DNA from: Candidatus Eiseniibacteriota bacterium
Lineage (GTDB): Bacteria > Eisenbacteria > RBG-16-71-46
Direction of reading: 5' to 3'
DNA: 64,000 bases
NCBI GenBank assembly: GCA_963707915.1
Contig: OY970178.1
Location: 3,456,001-3,520,000 of the forward strand
The notes beneath the pieces were generated by a model. The model saw only the letters and a program-made list of their open reading frames with translations. It searched no databases and was not told the DNA's origin. Shown here piece after piece: positions 60,988 to 64,000 of the stretch (positions within the stretch are counted from its first letter, which is position 1; each line of letters starts with the position of its first letter). Both the position numbers and the translations under genes were made by a program.

Positions 60988-62135
60988 GAAGGCGCCTGGC
61001 CGTGCTGCTGGTGGACGCGCTCGGCTGGGAGTTGGCGGGGCGTACGCCCGGCTTCGCCGCCGAGTTGCCACACCGGCGCCGGATCGAGACCATCCTGGGC
61101 TTCAGCTCGGGGGCGTTGCCGACGATCTTCACCGGGCGGCTGCCGGGCGAGCACGGGCGCTGGCTCATGTACCGCCGCGCGGCCGGCCACAGCACACCCT
61201 TCCGCGGCTTTCGCTGGCTCGGTCTGCTGCCGCCGCGATTGCGGCGCAGCTGGAAACTCTCGGTGCTGCTCACCCGTCTCGTCGCGCGGCGCGGTGTGCG
61301 CGGCTATTTCAGTCTCTACCAGGTCCCCCGCGAACTGCTCGAGGAGTTCGATCTGGCCGAGCGTGAGGACATCTTCCTCCCGGGTGGGCTGCCCGGGGAC
61401 TCGCTGTGGGACACGGTGGTCCGCAGCGGCGTCCGCTGGCGCGGCTGGAACTGGCGCACACCCGAGCCCGAGGCTCTGGGAGCCATGGAACGCGCGCTCG
61501 AGTGCGGGCCCGAGGACTTCCTGTTCTGCTACACTGCCGGGCTCGACGCGGCGCTGCACCGGGAGGGGCCGGGCGGTGCGGACGTGCGCGAGCGGTTGGC
61601 GCTCTACGATGACTGGTTCACGCGCAACATCCGTGCTGCCCGGCAGCGCGGCGAGGAGTTGCGTCTGGTGCTGCTTTCCGACCACGGGATGCTGGACGTC
61701 CGCGAGACCGTGGACGTGATGGGTGCGCTCGCGGGGCTTTCCTGCCGCTGGCCGCGGGACTATGTGCCGTTCTTTGATTCGACCTTCGCGCGATTCTGGT
61801 GGCGTTCGGCTGCGGCGCGCGGGGAAGTGCGAGCCGCGCTGGAGGGCGTGCGCGGCGGCCGCTGGCTCGGGGATGACGAACTCGAGCGGGCCGGTGCGCT
61901 CTTCCCCGCGCGCGAATACGGAGAGGACATCTACCTGCTCGATCCCGGAGTGCTGATGGTGCCCTCCTTCATGGGCTCGCGCCCGCTCGCCGCCATGCAC
62001 GGCTACGATCCGGCGCATCCGGAGATGGCGGCCGTGGTCTATTCCAGCCATCCCGTGCCCGAGGACGTGCGTCACCTGAAGGACGTGCGCGGCTTCCTCG
62101 AGGATGGGCTGGCCTGGCTGACGGGGCCCCGGTGA
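60984..62135 (+). CDS. Alkaline phosphatase superfamily protein (type I phosphodiesterase/NPP-like)
   Basis: LLVDALG, D...H, SDHGM, MHGY metal-binding motifs. Confidence 0.85.
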   Translation: MRRRLAVLLVDALGWELAGRTPGFAAELPHRRRIETILGFSSGALPTIFTGRLPGEHGRWLMYRRAAGHSTPFRGFRWLGLLPPRLRRSWKLSVLLTRLVARRGVRGYFSLYQVPRELLEEFDLAEREDIFLPGGLPGDSLWDTVVRSGVRWRGWNWRTPEPEALGAMERALECGPEDFLFCYTAGLDAALHREGPGGADVRERLALYDDWFTRNIRAARQRGEELRLVLLSDHGMLDVRETVDVMGALAGLSCRWPRDYVPFFDSTFARFWWRSAAARGEVRAALEGVRGGRWLGDDELERAGALFPAREYGEDIYLLDPGVLMVPSFMGSRPLAAMHGYDPAHPEMAAVVYSSHPVPEDVRHLKDVRGFLEDGLAWLTGPR

Positions 62136-63712
62136 GACCAGGCGAGGTCGCCTATTCCGTCTCGCGCGGAGCCTTCTGGCTCACCGTGGAGAAGGCGGCG
62201 GCGCTGCTTTCGAGCGTGGCCTACTCGATGTTGCTGCTGCGCTGGCTGGGGCCGAGGCAGTTCGGGATCATGGCGCTCGCCCTGGCCTGCGTGGGGTTCG
62301 CCACCGTGGCGACCGGCAACTTCGAGGTGTTCCTCGAGCGCTACTCCGCCGAATACGAGGCGCGGGGGCTGCGTCGCACCCTGCGCCGCGCTCACCTCCT
62401 CGCGCTGGGCGTCAAGCTCGCTCTTGGACTCGTGGCGAGCGTGACGCTGCTGCTGCTGACCCCGTGGCTGGCCCGCTTCTTCGCCGTCCCCCAACTGCTC
62501 GTGCTCGTGCCGGTCCTCACGTTGATGGTGGCCTTCGACGGGTTCTCCACCACCGGACGCGCCACGCTCTACGGTGCGCAGGAGTTCCGCTGGCTCTCGC
62601 TGCTGGCCGTCTTCTTCCACTTCGCGAAGATCGTCCTGGTGGTCGTGCTGTGGCGGGGCCGCTACGATCTCTTCGCGCTGGCCCTCGGTCTTTCGGTGCT
62701 GGCCGTTGCCCTGGCTCTGGCGCAGGCCGCGGTGCCCCTGTGGATCCTGCGGCGCGCCCGCGATCGCGAACCGCCGGCCCCCGAGCGCGCCTGGCGCGGG
62801 CTGCTCCGCAGCATGTTCAGCTACTGCGTGCCCCTGCTCGGCGCGCGCATCACCTTCATGTCGGGGCAGAACCTGAGCACGATCGTGCTGGGGAAGCTGT
62901 TCAGCCCCGGGAACCTCGGCTACTTCAAGTTCGCCTTCCAGACCATCGAGCGCTTCAACGACCTGGCGAACGCGATCCCGTCCTCGCTCATGCCCTCCCT
63001 GACGCGTCTCGTCGCGCGCGGGGAGCGGGAGCGGCTGCGCCTGATCTTCGACCAGGCCCTCCGCCTGGTCCAGGCGCTGGCCTTCGTGCTTTCCTTCGGA
63101 CTGTTCGTCTTCGCCCGCGAGTTGACGGTGCTCATCGGTGGCTGGTCGTTCGAACCGGCCGTCCCGATGCTGCGCGTGCTGGCCCTGGTGCCGATGGCCC
63201 GCACCGCCCAGCAGCCGCTCACGATGCTGTTCCAGTCGATGCGGCGCCCCGGCACGGTGCTGGTCCTGTCCCTGGTCAAGTTCGCGACCGAGTTCGGCGC
63301 CTACTTCCTGCTGGTGGTCCCGCTCGGCGTCATCGGCGCGGCCTGGGCCAACCTGGCCGGCGCGGCGGTGGCCTTCGTCGTGGCCCTGACGCTGCTGGCC
63401 CGCATGGTCCCGGAGGGCACGACGGAGCGTGCGCGGTCCGGGCTCGCGGTCCTCGCGCTGCTGCTGCCGTTCCTGGCCATCACCCTGCTCTGCGACCTCC
63501 GCCTCCACGGGCTGCCACGGATCCTGGTCCACGCCGCCCTGGTGCCGCCCGCGGCAGTGGGGTTGTTCCTGTTCGGCCTGGTGCGCCAGGAGGACCTCGA
63601 CAAGCTGGCGGACCTGCCGCTGGAGCGACCCTGGACCCGCGTGCTGCGCGGGAGCCTGCTGCTCGTGCTCGGCTCCGTGGCCCGGCTGGCCGGGGTGAGG
63701 AGGACCGCGTGA
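62132..63712 (+). CDS. Wzx-type oligosaccharide flippase
   Basis: Many hydrophobic segments; L.RWLGP.QFG, LGYF..A, G.IGAAWA. Confidence 0.85.
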   Translation: MRPGEVAYSVSRGAFWLTVEKAAALLSSVAYSMLLLRWLGPRQFGIMALALACVGFATVATGNFEVFLERYSAEYEARGLRRTLRRAHLLALGVKLALGLVASVTLLLLTPWLARFFAVPQLLVLVPVLTLMVAFDGFSTTGRATLYGAQEFRWLSLLAVFFHFAKIVLVVVLWRGRYDLFALALGLSVLAVALALAQAAVPLWILRRARDREPPAPERAWRGLLRSMFSYCVPLLGARITFMSGQNLSTIVLGKLFSPGNLGYFKFAFQTIERFNDLANAIPSSLMPSLTRLVARGERERLRLIFDQALRLVQALAFVLSFGLFVFARELTVLIGGWSFEPAVPMLRVLALVPMARTAQQPLTMLFQSMRRPGTVLVLSLVKFATEFGAYFLLVVPLGVIGAAWANLAGAAVAFVVALTLLARMVPEGTTERARSGLAVLALLLPFLAITLLCDLRLHGLPRILVHAALVPPAAVGLFLFGLVRQEDLDKLADLPLERPWTRVLRGSLLLVLGSVARLAGVRRTA

Positions 63713-64000
63713 GCGGGCTGCGCGTGCTGGTGATCATCCCGGCGCACGACGAGCAGGAGAGCCTGCCGGGCACGCTCGACGAATTGCGCGCGGTCGCGGC
63801 GGGGACGGACCTGCTGGTGGTGGACGACGGCTCCCGCGACGGTACCGCCGGGGTGGCGCGCGCGCGCGGCGCCCGCGTGGTCCGCCACGTCTTCAACCAG
63901 GGCGTGGGCGCGGCGTTGCAGACCGGATTCCGCTGGGCGGTCGAACACGGGTACGAAGTGGGGGTGCAGTTCGATGCGGACGGCCAGCACGACCCCGCCT
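63709..64000 (+). CDS. Glycosyltransferase family 2 (truncated at window end)
   Basis: VIIPAHDEQ, VVDDGSRDGT, N.GVG.A.QTG, DADGQH. Confidence 0.9.
   Translation, partial: MSGLRVLVIIPAHDEQESLPGTLDELRAVAAGTDLLVVDDGSRDGTAGVARARGARVVRHVFNQGVGAALQTGFRWAVEHGYEVGVQFDADGQHDPA

Noticed and set aside
56600..62200. Slightly more A/T-ending codons in the polysaccharide cluster as a horizontally acquired island
   Set aside because: Impression only; no integrase, tRNA, att repeats or IS, and I cannot quantify it here.

Overview
Very GC-rich, densely coding core-chromosome segment of a diderm bacterium. A SprA-like T9SS translocon and a glutaminyl-cyclase-like lipoprotein suggest the FCB superphylum (possibly Ca. 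Eisenbacteria-like; inference only). Contents in order: UroD-family gene; TonB-like lipoprotein, L,D-transpeptidase and split hldE; SDR; ALDH; sucCD-ndk; yceD-rpmF-plsX-fabD-fabG-acpP-fabF-rnc; an orphan NtrC-family regulator; a TPR/ECF sigma/anti-sigma/HtrA-like cluster; aroB-aroQ-accB-(PilT-family ATPase)-accC-comB; lptFG divergent from a 2349-aa sprA-like gene and an M28 lipoprotein; rimP-nusA-infB-DUF503-rbfA-truB-ribF-rpsO-pnp-M16 peptidase; a MocR/aminotransferase pair; and the start of a Wzx/Wzy-type polysaccharide cluster. I saw no rRNA, tRNA, CRISPR array or mobile element. The best novelty candidate is the 510-bp gap between rnc and the NtrC-family gene. On the minus strand it holds repeated GACA-N3-TGTC enhancer-like sites, a sigma54 -24/-12 promoter, a ~260-nt highly structured region (GNRA hairpin, strand-specific G-U pairs, alternative pairings) and an intrinsic terminator. 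This is a candidate unannotated sigma54-dependent regulatory RNA module. Other oddities: RNase III with a long repeat-rich disordered tail, SprA with an 18x octapeptide insert, a PilT-family gene splitting accB-accC, and probably catalytically impaired HtrA and BY-kinase homologues.
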